In this document: one piece after another, positions 36,117-44,882 of the stretch
Layout: each line of letters begins with the position of its first letter
Position numbering within the stretch: position 1 is the stretch's first letter
Assembly: GCA_020832005.1 (NCBI GenBank)
Contig: JAFIFN010000003.1
Location: 175-64,174, forward strand
From: Gammaproteobacteria bacterium
Lineage (GTDB): Bacteria > Pseudomonadota > Gammaproteobacteria > Steroidobacterales > PWYM01
Direction of reading: 5' to 3'
Length of the DNA: 64,000 nt
The notes under the pieces: generated by a model
Seen by the model: the letters and a program-made list of their open reading frames with translations, nothing else
Told to the model about the DNA's origin: nothing
Databases searched by the model: none
Program-made: the position numbers and the translations under genes

Positions 36117-39100
36117 TCACGCCGCCCCAGCGGCCCTTGGCAATCCTCGCGCGTGCCACAGGTAGTACGCAGCGGGCAGCACGATCAGGGCTACAAGCCA
36201 CACCGTGAATACGCCGCCCACCATTGGGGCCGCTATACGCTGCATGATCTCGGCACCGGTGCCGGTACCCAGCAAGATGGGCAGCAGTCCCAGGAACACC
36301 GTGCTTTCGGTCATCGTCGCCGGGCGCACGCGGCTCAACGCCGCCCCGGTAATCGCTGAGCGCAGCGCGTCGCGCGTCCGCTCGGCCAGCGGCATTCGCC
36401 CGTGCGCTTCGAGTGCCTGCCCGAGGTATACGACCATGATGATGCCTGTCTGGGCCGCCAGACCGCCCAGCGCGATGAATCCGACCGCGACGCCCACCGA
36501 CATGTTATGACCCAGCCACCACATCAGCCACATGCCACCGGCCAGTGACAGTGGCACCGTCAACAGGACCATCACGACATCGGTTGGGCGGCGGAAGGTG
36601 AGCATCAGCAGCACGATGATGATGGCGGCCGCCAGGGGAATGAGCGTATTCAAGCGTTGCCTCGCGCGCTGCAGGTATTCGTACTGGCCGGTGAAATGAA
36701 TCGCGTAACCGGGCGGCAGTGTCACCTCTTCCGTGACGCGGCTGCGCGCCTCGGCGACCCAGCTTCCAAGATCACGGTCTGCAACATCCGCAAATACGAA
36801 GTTTGTCGGGCGCGTGTTCTCGCTGCGGATCATTGCCGCGCCTTCGGCGACATTGATGCGGGCAAGCTCCCCCAAGGCTATTTGTGTGCCAGCTGGTGTG
36901 ATCACTGGCAGTTCCCGGAGCCGCTGCGGCGAGTCTCGCCAATCGGCACTGAAACGGACATTGACCGGGAAGCGCTCCAGCCCTTCCACCGTCTCTGTCA
37001 CGTCGGCGCCGCCGATGCCGTATCGGACGATCTCGTGCACATCGGCGATGTTCATGCCGTGTCGCGCAGACGCCGCGCGGTCGATGTCGACGACCACGTA
37101 GCGTCCTGCTGCCGGGCGGTCTGCGAATGCAGTGGCCGTTCCAGGCACGCGGTTGACTACCGAGGCCACCTGCTGGGCCAGCTCCTGCAGTGTCAGCAGG
37201 TCCGGGCCGGTGATACCAATGCCTACATCGGTGCGTATCCCGGTCTGGAGCATGTCGATGCGCGTCTGTATGGGAAAGACCCAGGCATTGCTCACGCCGG
37301 GCAATTGAATCCGCTCATCGAGTTCCCGGATGATGTCGGAAGTGGTCAAGCCCCGCCGCCACTGGTCGCGGGGCTTCAGCGAGATGAAGGTTTCGAACAT
37401 CGTCAGGGGCGCGGGGTCGGTGGCGGTGTCCGCGCGACCGGCCTTGCCGAACACGCGTTCGACTTCCGGGGTCTGGCGGATCAGTGCGTTGGTCTGCTGC
37501 AGCAACTCACGCGCCTTGTCGGGCGAAAGGCCGGGAAGCGTGGTAGGCATGTACATCAGGTCGCCTTCGTCGAGCTCCGGCATGAACTCGGTTCCGACCT
37601 GCGTCGCGGGGTAGAGCGCTGACGCGAGCAGGATCATGGCCGCCGCGAGCGCGAGCCACGGACGGCGCATGACCCCGGTGATCATGGGCCGGTACGCGAA
37701 TACCAGGCCACGGTTAACCGGGTTGGCCATCTCCGGGCGAATCCGGCCGCGCACGAGGTAGCCTATGAGCACCGGCACCAGCGTGACCGCCAAGCCCGCG
37801 GCCGCCGCCATCGCGTAGGTGCCGGTCAACGCCAGCGGCGTAAACATTCGCCCCGCCTGGGCCTCCAGTGCGAAAACTGGCAGGAAACCGACGGCGACCA
37901 CCAGCAGCGAAAGAAATATGGGGCGGCCCACCTCCGTGACGGTCTCTTCGACTACCTGCCAGTGCCCCTGGTCGCTGACCGGCGGATCGCGCGCGAGTCG
38001 CTTGTGCACGTACTCGATCAGCACGATGGCCGCATCCACCATCACCCCGATCGCGATCGCTATTCCCCCGAGAGACATGATGTTGGCATTGATGCCCTGC
38101 ATGTACATCACGACAAACGCCACCAGGACGCCCAGCGGCAGACTGACGAGAATCACGAGAGACGAGCGCAGGTGCCACAAAAAGAGGCTGCAGATGAGCA
38201 CGACCACCGCGAACTCGAGTGCGAGCTTCTGCCAGAGCGTCGCGATCGCACGCTCGATGAGCGCGGATCGATCATAGGTGGTGACAATCTCCACGCCTGC
38301 TGGAAGGCCGGCGCTGAGTTCATCGATTCTCGCGCGCACCGCGCGGATCGTTGCCCGCGCATTCTCGCCATGGCGCATCACCACAATTGCGCCCACGGCT
38401 TCGCCTTCTCCGTCCAGCTCGGTGATGCCGCGGCGTTGAGCGGGCCCACGGCGGACGTCGGCGACGTCTTGCAAGGTTACCGGTGTGCCGGTTGCGCTTC
38501 GGCCCAGAGGCACCGCCCGGAGGTCCTCCAACGAGCGGATATAGCCGGTCGCGCGCACCATGTACTCTGCCTCGGCCAGCTCGAGCAGCGCGCCACCCAC
38601 CTCGGCGTTGCCGCGTTGGATGGCCGTCCGCACGGTGCTCAACGGTATGCCATGGGCCCGCAACCGGTTGGGGTCAACGACCACCTGATACTGACGGACC
38701 ATGCCGCCCATCGTCGCGACTTCCGACACGCCGGACACGGCCTGCAGTTCGAACTTCAGGAACCAGTCCTGCAGCGCGCGCAGCTCGGCCAGGTCCAGGT
38801 TGCCGGTGCGGTCGACCAGCGCGTACTTGTATACCCACCCGACACCGGTGGCGTCGGGACCTAGGGCCGCGCTTACGCCATCCGGCAGCCGCCCCTCAAC
38901 CTGACCGAGGTATTCCTGGACCCGGGACCTCGCCCAATAGGGATCGGTCCCGTCGTCGAACAGCACATAGACGAACGAATCGCCGAACATCGAGTAGCCG
39001 CGCACGGTGTGCGCACCGGGCACGCCCATCAGAGCCGTGGTGAGGGGATAGGTGACCTGGCTCTCCACCACCTCCGGAGCCTGACCGGGGTACATCGCGC

Positions 39101-39248
39101 GCACGATCACCTGGGTGTCCGATAGATCGGGAATTGCGTCTACAGGCGTGTTGGCGATTATGTGGACGCCCGCTCCGGCGCCGGCAACGGCCAGAATGAG
39201 CACCAGCACACGGTTGACGATCGACCAATGGATGATGGCGTTGATCAA
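36117..39248 (-). CDS. cusA: CusA-type heavy-metal (Cu/Ag) RND efflux pump
   Basis: 1043 aa. The N-terminus MINAIIHWSIVNRVLVL aligns with E. coli CusA MIEWIIRRSVANRFLVL. TM4 is GGIAIAIGVMVDAAIVLIE. The Met-triad contexts MYMPT, PLTMFET and RIDMLQTG are conserved. TTG start with GGGAGA upstream. Confidence 0.9.
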   Translation of the reverse strand: MINAIIHWSIVNRVLVLILAVAGAGAGVHIIANTPVDAIPDLSDTQVIVRAMYPGQAPEVVESQVTYPLTTALMGVPGAHTVRGYSMFGDSFVYVLFDDGTDPYWARSRVQEYLGQVEGRLPDGVSAALGPDATGVGWVYKYALVDRTGNLDLAELRALQDWFLKFELQAVSGVSEVATMGGMVRQYQVVVDPNRLRAHGIPLSTVRTAIQRGNAEVGGALLELAEAEYMVRATGYIRSLEDLRAVPLGRSATGTPVTLQDVADVRRGPAQRRGITELDGEGEAVGAIVVMRHGENARATIRAVRARIDELSAGLPAGVEIVTTYDRSALIERAIATLWQKLALEFAVVVLICSLFLWHLRSSLVILVSLPLGVLVAFVVMYMQGINANIMSLGGIAIAIGVMVDAAIVLIEYVHKRLARDPPVSDQGHWQVVEETVTEVGRPIFLSLLVVAVGFLPVFALEAQAGRMFTPLALTGTYAMAAAAGLAVTLVPVLIGYLVRGRIRPEMANPVNRGLVFAYRPMITGVMRRPWLALAAAMILLASALYPATQVGTEFMPELDEGDLMYMPTTLPGLSPDKARELLQQTNALIRQTPEVERVFGKAGRADTATDPAPLTMFETFISLKPRDQWRRGLTTSDIIRELDERIQLPGVSNAWVFPIQTRIDMLQTGIRTDVGIGITGPDLLTLQELAQQVASVVNRVPGTATAFADRPAAGRYVVVDIDRAASARHGMNIADVHEIVRYGIGGADVTETVEGLERFPVNVRFSADWRDSPQRLRELPVITPAGTQIALGELARINVAEGAAMIRSENTRPTNFVFADVADRDLGSWVAEARSRVTEEVTLPPGYAIHFTGQYEYLQRARQRLNTLIPLAAAIIIVLLMLTFRRPTDVVMVLLTVPLSLAGGMWLMWWLGHNMSVGVAVGFIALGGLAAQTGIIMVVYLGQALEAHGRMPLAERTRDALRSAITGAALSRVRPATMTESTVFLGLLPILLGTGTGAEIMQRIAAPMVGGVFTVWLVALIVLPAAYYLWHARGLPRAAGAA

Positions 39249-39443
39249 TGCGCCGTCTCCCGAGGAGGAGCCTCTGCACGGGGCATGGCCGGGCGCATGA
39301 ACGGCACATCGTTGTTCATGCGTTCGCGTTCCGACGTTGCGCGCAGGCCACCATGCCTCCGGCTATGCCTGGCTGAGCACACGTTGATCCTGCAGAAAAT
39401 GAACACCGATCCGATCTCCCTCTCGCGTGCATGGGCTCCACAC

Positions 39444-40652
39444 CTAGTGCTGGTGCTCGGCACCTTTGAGTCGGTCCAGCCCCCCGCGCAGCGCTGCTTC
39501 GGAGTCGAGGAGAAACTGACCTGACGTGACGATCTCTTCATCCGCTGCCAGCCCTTCGCGGATCTCCACCCAATCGCCGCTCTCCATGCCAGCCACGACC
39601 TGACGCACTTCGAACCGTTGCCCGTCTTCGCGCAAAACCACCCGAGCGGCGTGGCCCGACCGGATAAGCGCTTCACGCGGGATCATCAGGACGTCATCCA
39701 GTGCATTGGCGAATATGCGCACAGCGCTCCACATGCCGGGCTTGAGTCGCGTGTCCGGATTGTCCATGGGCAATCGCACCCGAACGGTGCGCGTTGCGTC
39801 GTCGAGCTGGGGGTATATGTGCTCGATTTCGGCATGGCGCATCTCGCCGGGCATGTACGGGATGGTCACTTCCGCCCGCTGCCCCGGCGCCAGCCAGTCG
39901 GCGTGCCGATCGAAAACGTCTGCAGTCAGCCAGATCCGCGACAGATCAACGGTCTCCAGCAGCACCTGCCCGGGGCCGACGAACATCCCCCGCCGCACGC
40001 CAAGCTCGGTGACCACGCCGTCATGCCTGGCCAGCCAGGGGACAGCCCGCAGCGCCGTTCCGCGCCGTTCCAGTTCGGTCATCACTTCGTCCTGCACGCC
40101 CAGAGCGCGCAACCGTTCGCGTGCCGCCTCCACGGTCCCGTCTGCCCCACGGCGCAGGGCCTGCAGCAGGTCCTCCTGCGCGTTCACCAGTTCGGTCGAA
40201 TACAGCGTGAACAGCAGCTGGCCTTCCGTGATCTGCTCGCCGACGGCGTTAACGTGTGTTTCCTCGATCCAGCCTTCCACCCGCAGCTGGATGTGCATCA
40301 GTCGGGACTGATCATAGCCCACGTGCCCGACCGTCTCGATGATTCGCGGTAGGCTGCCGCGTCGGGCGCGCGTCGTGCGCAGATTCATCACCTGCTGGAT
40401 ACCGGGCGCCACGTTCACGCGTGCCCCGTCGGCTTCGTCGGCATAACGGGGCACGAGATCCATGTCCATGAACGGCGATGGACCCGGCTCATCGAAACGC
40501 TGCTCCGGGTGCATGGGGTCGTACCAGTAGAGCACTTCGCGACCCGTCTCCCGGGGGGGCGATTCATGAGACTCATGCCCGCCCCCATCGCATGCGCCGA
40601 GCAGCGCGATGGACATCAGCATAAGGATCAGTAAGGGGGTACGGACATCCAT
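39444..40652 (-). CDS. cusB: CusB-type periplasmic adaptor (membrane fusion protein)
   Basis: From the Met at 40652: MDVRTPLLILMLMSIALLGAC (lipobox-like). Conserved CusB N-terminal metal site YWYDPMHPEQRFDEPGPSPFMDMDLVP. Starts 1 nt after the cusC stop. Confidence 0.87.
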   Translation of the reverse strand: MDVRTPLLILMLMSIALLGACDGGGHESHESPPRETGREVLYWYDPMHPEQRFDEPGPSPFMDMDLVPRYADEADGARVNVAPGIQQVMNLRTTRARRGSLPRIIETVGHVGYDQSRLMHIQLRVEGWIEETHVNAVGEQITEGQLLFTLYSTELVNAQEDLLQALRRGADGTVEAARERLRALGVQDEVMTELERRGTALRAVPWLARHDGVVTELGVRRGMFVGPGQVLLETVDLSRIWLTADVFDRHADWLAPGQRAEVTIPYMPGEMRHAEIEHIYPQLDDATRTVRVRLPMDNPDTRLKPGMWSAVRIFANALDDVLMIPREALIRSGHAARVVLREDGQRFEVRQVVAGMESGDWVEIREGLAADEEIVTSGQFLLDSEAALRGGLDRLKGAEHQH

Positions 40653-40653
40653 G

Positions 40654-41919
40654 TCACTGCCCCTCCAGGTACAGCAAACCGATGCGGATGCTGCCGCGCT
40701 GGCGCTCGACGTCAAGTTCTTCCAATTGGAGGTCCAGCTCCGTGATGCGGGCGCGAATCAGTTCGTCGAACGTAGCCCGGTCGTTGCGGTAGGCACTGAG
40801 CGTATCCGCACTGGTGTCTCTGGCCGCCGGGAGCAGGCGCTCCCGATAAAGGGCAGCGAGGTCGTTCAGGCGTTGCCAGAGGGCCAGCCGGCTTTCCAGC
40901 ATGCCAGCGAGCTGGCGCAACTGGTCGCGGTGCTCATGGCGCGCTGCATCTCGCTCGCGCATTGCACCCTGCAGTCGCCGATCCTGTCGATTCCGGCTGA
41001 ATAAGGGAACGTTGACAGAGACCATGCCAGTGAGCGTGTCGGACACACTCCGGCCTGTTGTCATGTCAGCACCCCTGCGTAAGCCGTAACTGAATTCGAC
41101 CATCCACATCGGCTTGTACGTCTCTCGCGCGAGCTCAGTGTCCAGGCGGCCCTGTTCCACCCTGATCGCCGGGCCCTGCAGGGCGGGGTGATCAGGAAGG
41201 GCCGCGCGCAACTGCTCGGCCGCGACGTTTTGCCAATCGGGCAACTCGCCTGGAGGGCGTCCCTTCACCGATCCACCCAGCCAGCGTGACAGCTCTGCTG
41301 CGGCGACATCCCTCTGCGCCTCCAGCTCGATAATGCGTTGAGACAGCGCCGCGAGTTCCAGTTGCGCCTGGCTCACGTCGCGTTGGTGACTCGCGGCGGT
41401 AGCGAGGCGCCGTTGCGCCAGCTCCGCCAGCTCCTCGAGACTGCTTTCGATCGTGCGGGCCAGCGAGATTCCCTGGTGGGCAAAGTACCAGTCCAGCCAG
41501 GCCTGCCGTACCTCGGTGCGGATCTCGAGCGTCCGATGGCGATGGTCGGCGCGCAGCGCCTGCGCGTCGAATTCTCCGCGGTTGCGCAGCAGCTGCCGGG
41601 TGCGTCCCGGTGGGAAGCGCTGCCGCACCCCGACCATGGCCATGGTCATCATGTCATCGGAAGTCGAGAACGAATTTACCGGAATATTCTGATAGCCCAC
41701 CGTCACCTCTGGATCCGGCAAGGCGCCGTCGGCCACTGCGTGCTCCGCCCTGGCGTCGGCAAGGGCTTCGATTCGCGGCAACGAGTCGTCCCCCTCCAGC
41801 GCAATGCGCAAGGCATCTTCCAGCGTCAGTGTCTGGGCGCTGGCCGGGGTGAAGAACACTGCGGATACCACGATGAAACTTGCCAGGCCGGCCAGTCTGA
41901 GGGCGCGAACAGATGACAT
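40654..41919 (-). CDS. cusC: Outer-membrane efflux factor (TolC/CusC family)
   Basis: From the Met at 41919 (SD GAGGAAA upstream): signal peptide MSSVRALRLAGLASFIVVSAVFFTPASA, then TolC-type repeats (LTLEDALRIAL...). ~421 aa. Confidence 0.8.
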   Translation of the reverse strand: MSSVRALRLAGLASFIVVSAVFFTPASAQTLTLEDALRIALEGDDSLPRIEALADARAEHAVADGALPDPEVTVGYQNIPVNSFSTSDDMMTMAMVGVRQRFPPGRTRQLLRNRGEFDAQALRADHRHRTLEIRTEVRQAWLDWYFAHQGISLARTIESSLEELAELAQRRLATAASHQRDVSQAQLELAALSQRIIELEAQRDVAAAELSRWLGGSVKGRPPGELPDWQNVAAEQLRAALPDHPALQGPAIRVEQGRLDTELARETYKPMWMVEFSYGLRRGADMTTGRSVSDTLTGMVSVNVPLFSRNRQDRRLQGAMRERDAARHEHRDQLRQLAGMLESRLALWQRLNDLAALYRERLLPAARDTSADTLSAYRNDRATFDELIRARITELDLQLEELDVERQRGSIRIGLLYLEGQ

Positions 41920-42030
41920 GAGCCGTTTCCTCGGCGCGCTGCTCCCCGCCAGAGAATGAGCGCTGCTAGTTGTAGGCACTGCCGTCACGCTTGGCGGGTT
42001 CTGCAATTGCGGGACGGTTTACAATACGGG

Positions 42031-44319
42031 TCATGCCCGCTCAGGATTTTCCACACGGATGCGCGCCCGCTTCAGCAGCACCGAGTTGCCGATGACCGAG
42101 AGCGAACTGGTGACCATGGCGACTACGCCGATCATGGGATGCAGCAGGCCGATTGCGGCGATGGGGATGGCGGCGACGTTGTAGAAGAAAGCCCAAAACA
42201 GGTTCTGAACGATCTTGCGATACGTGAATCTGGAAAGTCGGATTGCTTCGACCACCTTGGTCAGTTCGCCGGAGACCAAGGTTACATCGGCCGCTTCGAT
42301 GGCGACATCGGCGCCGGCGCCGATGGCGATGCCGACATTGGCCTGTTTCAGTGCCGGTGCGTCGTTGATGCCGTCGCCCACCATGGCCACATGCGGTCCA
42401 AAACGCTCCTGCAGCTTGCGAATCTCGTCGACCTTGCCTTCGGGCAGGACACCGGCGAGAACTTCGTCGATGCCGACTTCTTCAGCCACCGCTCTGGCGG
42501 CACGTTCGTTGTCGCCGGTGACCATGGCCACGGTCAGGCCCATATCATGCATGGCACGGATTGCGTTTTTCGAATCCGACTTGATGGTGTCGGCGACGGC
42601 CACAATGCCGATGGCCAGACCGTCGCGAGCCAGCAGTACCGCCGTACGTCCCGTCTCCTCCAGTCGGGTCAGCGCTCCATCCAGCACATCGAGACCCTGG
42701 ATACCGGATTCTTCCAGCAGGCGTCGATTGCCGATCAGAATCTCCCGGCCGTCAACCATGCCCTGGACACCGCGGGCAGTAACCGACTTGAATGTCTTGA
42801 CCTCGCCGATTTCGATCTTCTGATCTCTGGCACCTTTCACTATCGCCTGTGCCAGCGGATGTTCGGAGGCGTTTTCCACCGCTGCGGCCAGGGCCAGCAC
42901 TTCCTGCTCGTCAAGCCCCTCGGCGGCGACCACATCCGTCAATTCGGGCTCACCCTGAGTGATGGTGCCGGTCTTGTCCAGTACCACCATCCTGATGTCT
43001 TTGAGCGTCTGAATGGCCTCGCCGGATCGGATCAATATGCCACGCTCCGCCCCCAGCCCGGATCCGACCATCAGCGCGGTCGGCGTGGCCAGGCCCAGGG
43101 CGCAGGGGCAGGCGATGACCAGCACGGCAATGGCGGCAAGCAGGGCCAGGATGACCGGTTGTGCCTCGGCATCGACCCAGGGCAAAAAGCCCGAGCCCCA
43201 TTCCAGGATCGGACGCAATGCCTCGGGAAACAGCAACCAGGCGCCCAAGCTGCCCAGAGAGATGAGAATGACCACAGGCACGAAGCGGGCCGTGACCCTG
43301 TCGGCAAATTCCTGGATCGGCACCTTGGAGGACTGTGCTGCCTCGACCAGCTTGATGACCTGCGACAGGAAAGTATCGGCACCGACGCGCGTGGCCTTGA
43401 CCTTGAGCCGGCCTTCCTTGTTGATGGTGGCGCCGAGTACGCCAGCGCCCGGCGACTTCTCGACTGGAATCGACTCGCCGGTGGCGATGGATTCATCTAC
43501 ATGGCTTTCCCCCTCGATTACTTCGCCGTCAGTGGGAATCTTGTCGCCAGGTCGAACTATCATCACGTCGCCAAGCGAGAGTTCCTTGACCGCCACTTCA
43601 ACCTCTTCGCCGTCGCGTTCCACCCGAGCGGTCTTGGCACCCAGCTTCAATAGTTGCTTGATCGCCTGGGACGCCCGGCCCTTGGCCTTGTTTTCCAGGT
43701 AGCGGCCGAGCAGGTGGAAGGTCATGATGGTCGCGGCCATCTCGATGAACGAGGTCATCGGCCAAATGAACCCTACCAGCCCGATCAAATACGGCGGCAG
43801 CGATCCCATCGAGATCAGTACGTCCATATTGGCGGTTCGGTTGGTCAGCGAGCGCCAGGCGGAGACGTGCGTGGCCCAGCCGCCGTAAAGAAAAACCACC
43901 GGGAAGGCGAGCAGGGCAATGACGGCCAGGTACCCCGGAATGGGCGCCCACAACATGTGCACCATCATCAGGACCATGATCAAGGTGGCCGGAATCGCTG
44001 CGATCACGAAACGGCGCCAGGCGCGTCTCAGGTAGGCTTCGTCGCTGCCATCATCTTCGGCGGTATTGTCTCCGGTACGAACGGCTGTAACCTCGTAGCC
44101 CCCCCGTTCCACGGCGGCTTTGAGTTCTTCGAGAGGGGGCGAATCACCGCTGTGCTTCACCGTGACCTGGTGGTTGGAAATATTAGTGCGAATCTCCTCG
44201 ATGCCGTCGAGCCGCTCGAGCGAGTGCCGGACCAGGCCGGCGCAATGGTCTGATCCCATGCCGGGCACGACGAGGGTGACGGAACGATGAGTCGAAGGTT
44301 GGTTGGTTGATTGGTTCAT
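42031..44319 (-). CDS. copA: Cu(I)-translocating P1B-type ATPase
   Basis: 762 aa. One N-terminal HMA-like domain, TM6 CPC (ACPCALGLATP), DKTGTIT, SEHPLA, TM7 YNVAAIP, TM8 MVTSS, GDGINDAP. Confidence 0.92.
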   Translation of the reverse strand: MNQSTNQPSTHRSVTLVVPGMGSDHCAGLVRHSLERLDGIEEIRTNISNHQVTVKHSGDSPPLEELKAAVERGGYEVTAVRTGDNTAEDDGSDEAYLRRAWRRFVIAAIPATLIMVLMMVHMLWAPIPGYLAVIALLAFPVVFLYGGWATHVSAWRSLTNRTANMDVLISMGSLPPYLIGLVGFIWPMTSFIEMAATIMTFHLLGRYLENKAKGRASQAIKQLLKLGAKTARVERDGEEVEVAVKELSLGDVMIVRPGDKIPTDGEVIEGESHVDESIATGESIPVEKSPGAGVLGATINKEGRLKVKATRVGADTFLSQVIKLVEAAQSSKVPIQEFADRVTARFVPVVILISLGSLGAWLLFPEALRPILEWGSGFLPWVDAEAQPVILALLAAIAVLVIACPCALGLATPTALMVGSGLGAERGILIRSGEAIQTLKDIRMVVLDKTGTITQGEPELTDVVAAEGLDEQEVLALAAAVENASEHPLAQAIVKGARDQKIEIGEVKTFKSVTARGVQGMVDGREILIGNRRLLEESGIQGLDVLDGALTRLEETGRTAVLLARDGLAIGIVAVADTIKSDSKNAIRAMHDMGLTVAMVTGDNERAARAVAEEVGIDEVLAGVLPEGKVDEIRKLQERFGPHVAMVGDGINDAPALKQANVGIAIGAGADVAIEAADVTLVSGELTKVVEAIRLSRFTYRKIVQNLFWAFFYNVAAIPIAAIGLLHPMIGVVAMVTSSLSVIGNSVLLKRARIRVENPERA

Positions 44320-44753
44320 TTCAGCTTCCTGGTACCTGATGGCGGTCCGGGCTGCGCTGCGACAACTGCTTCGACGATAGGACAGTCACGGACCGAACCG
44401 TGACCGGAACAGGCACTGACCAAGCCGGCCAGCGCAGCCCGCGCCTGCTGCATTTCGGCCAGTTGGCGATTCATGTCCTCGAGTCGTCCAGCGGCCAGGG
44501 CGCGGACTTCAGCTCGATCGCCTTCACTATCCACCACAGCCAGCAGGTACCGAATCTCGTCGAGCGAGAAACCGAGCGACTTGGCACCACGAATGAACCT
44601 CAAGCGCTCCAGATCCTCCCCGGAGTACATTCGGTAACCGGCATCGCTGCGCTGAGGCTCCGGCATCAGGGCGCGGCGCTCGTAGTAGCGCACCGTATCG
44701 AGCTTGACGCCGGCGGCCCGGGCCAGGCGCCCAATGGTCAATGATTGGCTCAT
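44316..44753 (-). CDS. MerR-family metal-responsive regulator (CueR/HmrR-like)
   Basis: 145 aa. N-terminal wHTH LTIGRLARAAGVKLDTVRYYERRALM, a dimerisation helix, and a C-terminal loop CSGHGSVRDCP (two Cys 8 residues apart). ATGA overlap with copA. Confidence 0.87.
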   Translation of the reverse strand: MSQSLTIGRLARAAGVKLDTVRYYERRALMPEPQRSDAGYRMYSGEDLERLRFIRGAKSLGFSLDEIRYLLAVVDSEGDRAEVRALAAGRLEDMNRQLAEMQQARAALAGLVSACSGHGSVRDCPIVEAVVAAQPGPPSGTRKLK

Positions 44754-44759
44754 GTCTGC

Positions 44760-44791
44760 ACTCTACACCCTGGACCCGGGTCCAAAGTCAA
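44760..44791 (-). promoter_or_regulatory. MerR-type promoter/operator: TTGACT-20 bp-TAGAGT with a perfect 14-bp palindrome in the spacer
   Basis: The minus strand reads TTGACT T TGGACCCGGGTCCA GGGTG TAGAGT GCAGAC ATG. The palindrome is at 44771-44784. The over-long spacer is the hallmark of MerR-family regulated promoters. Confidence 0.6.
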
Positions 44792-44882
44792 GAGCGTAGT
44801 GTTACATGGCGGCAGTCCAGGGCCAGCGCGACCTTAATGACGATATGGAGGACTATCAGCAATTGTACGGTAAAGCATATCC

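Noticed and set aside
39249-39443. A cusF-like chaperone gene in the cusB-cusA gap
   Set aside because: The gap can encode at most ~60 aa in any frame. No frame gives a signal peptide or the CusF Met/His/Trp motif. Only the 24-codon coupled micro-ORF is noted as a low-confidence finding.
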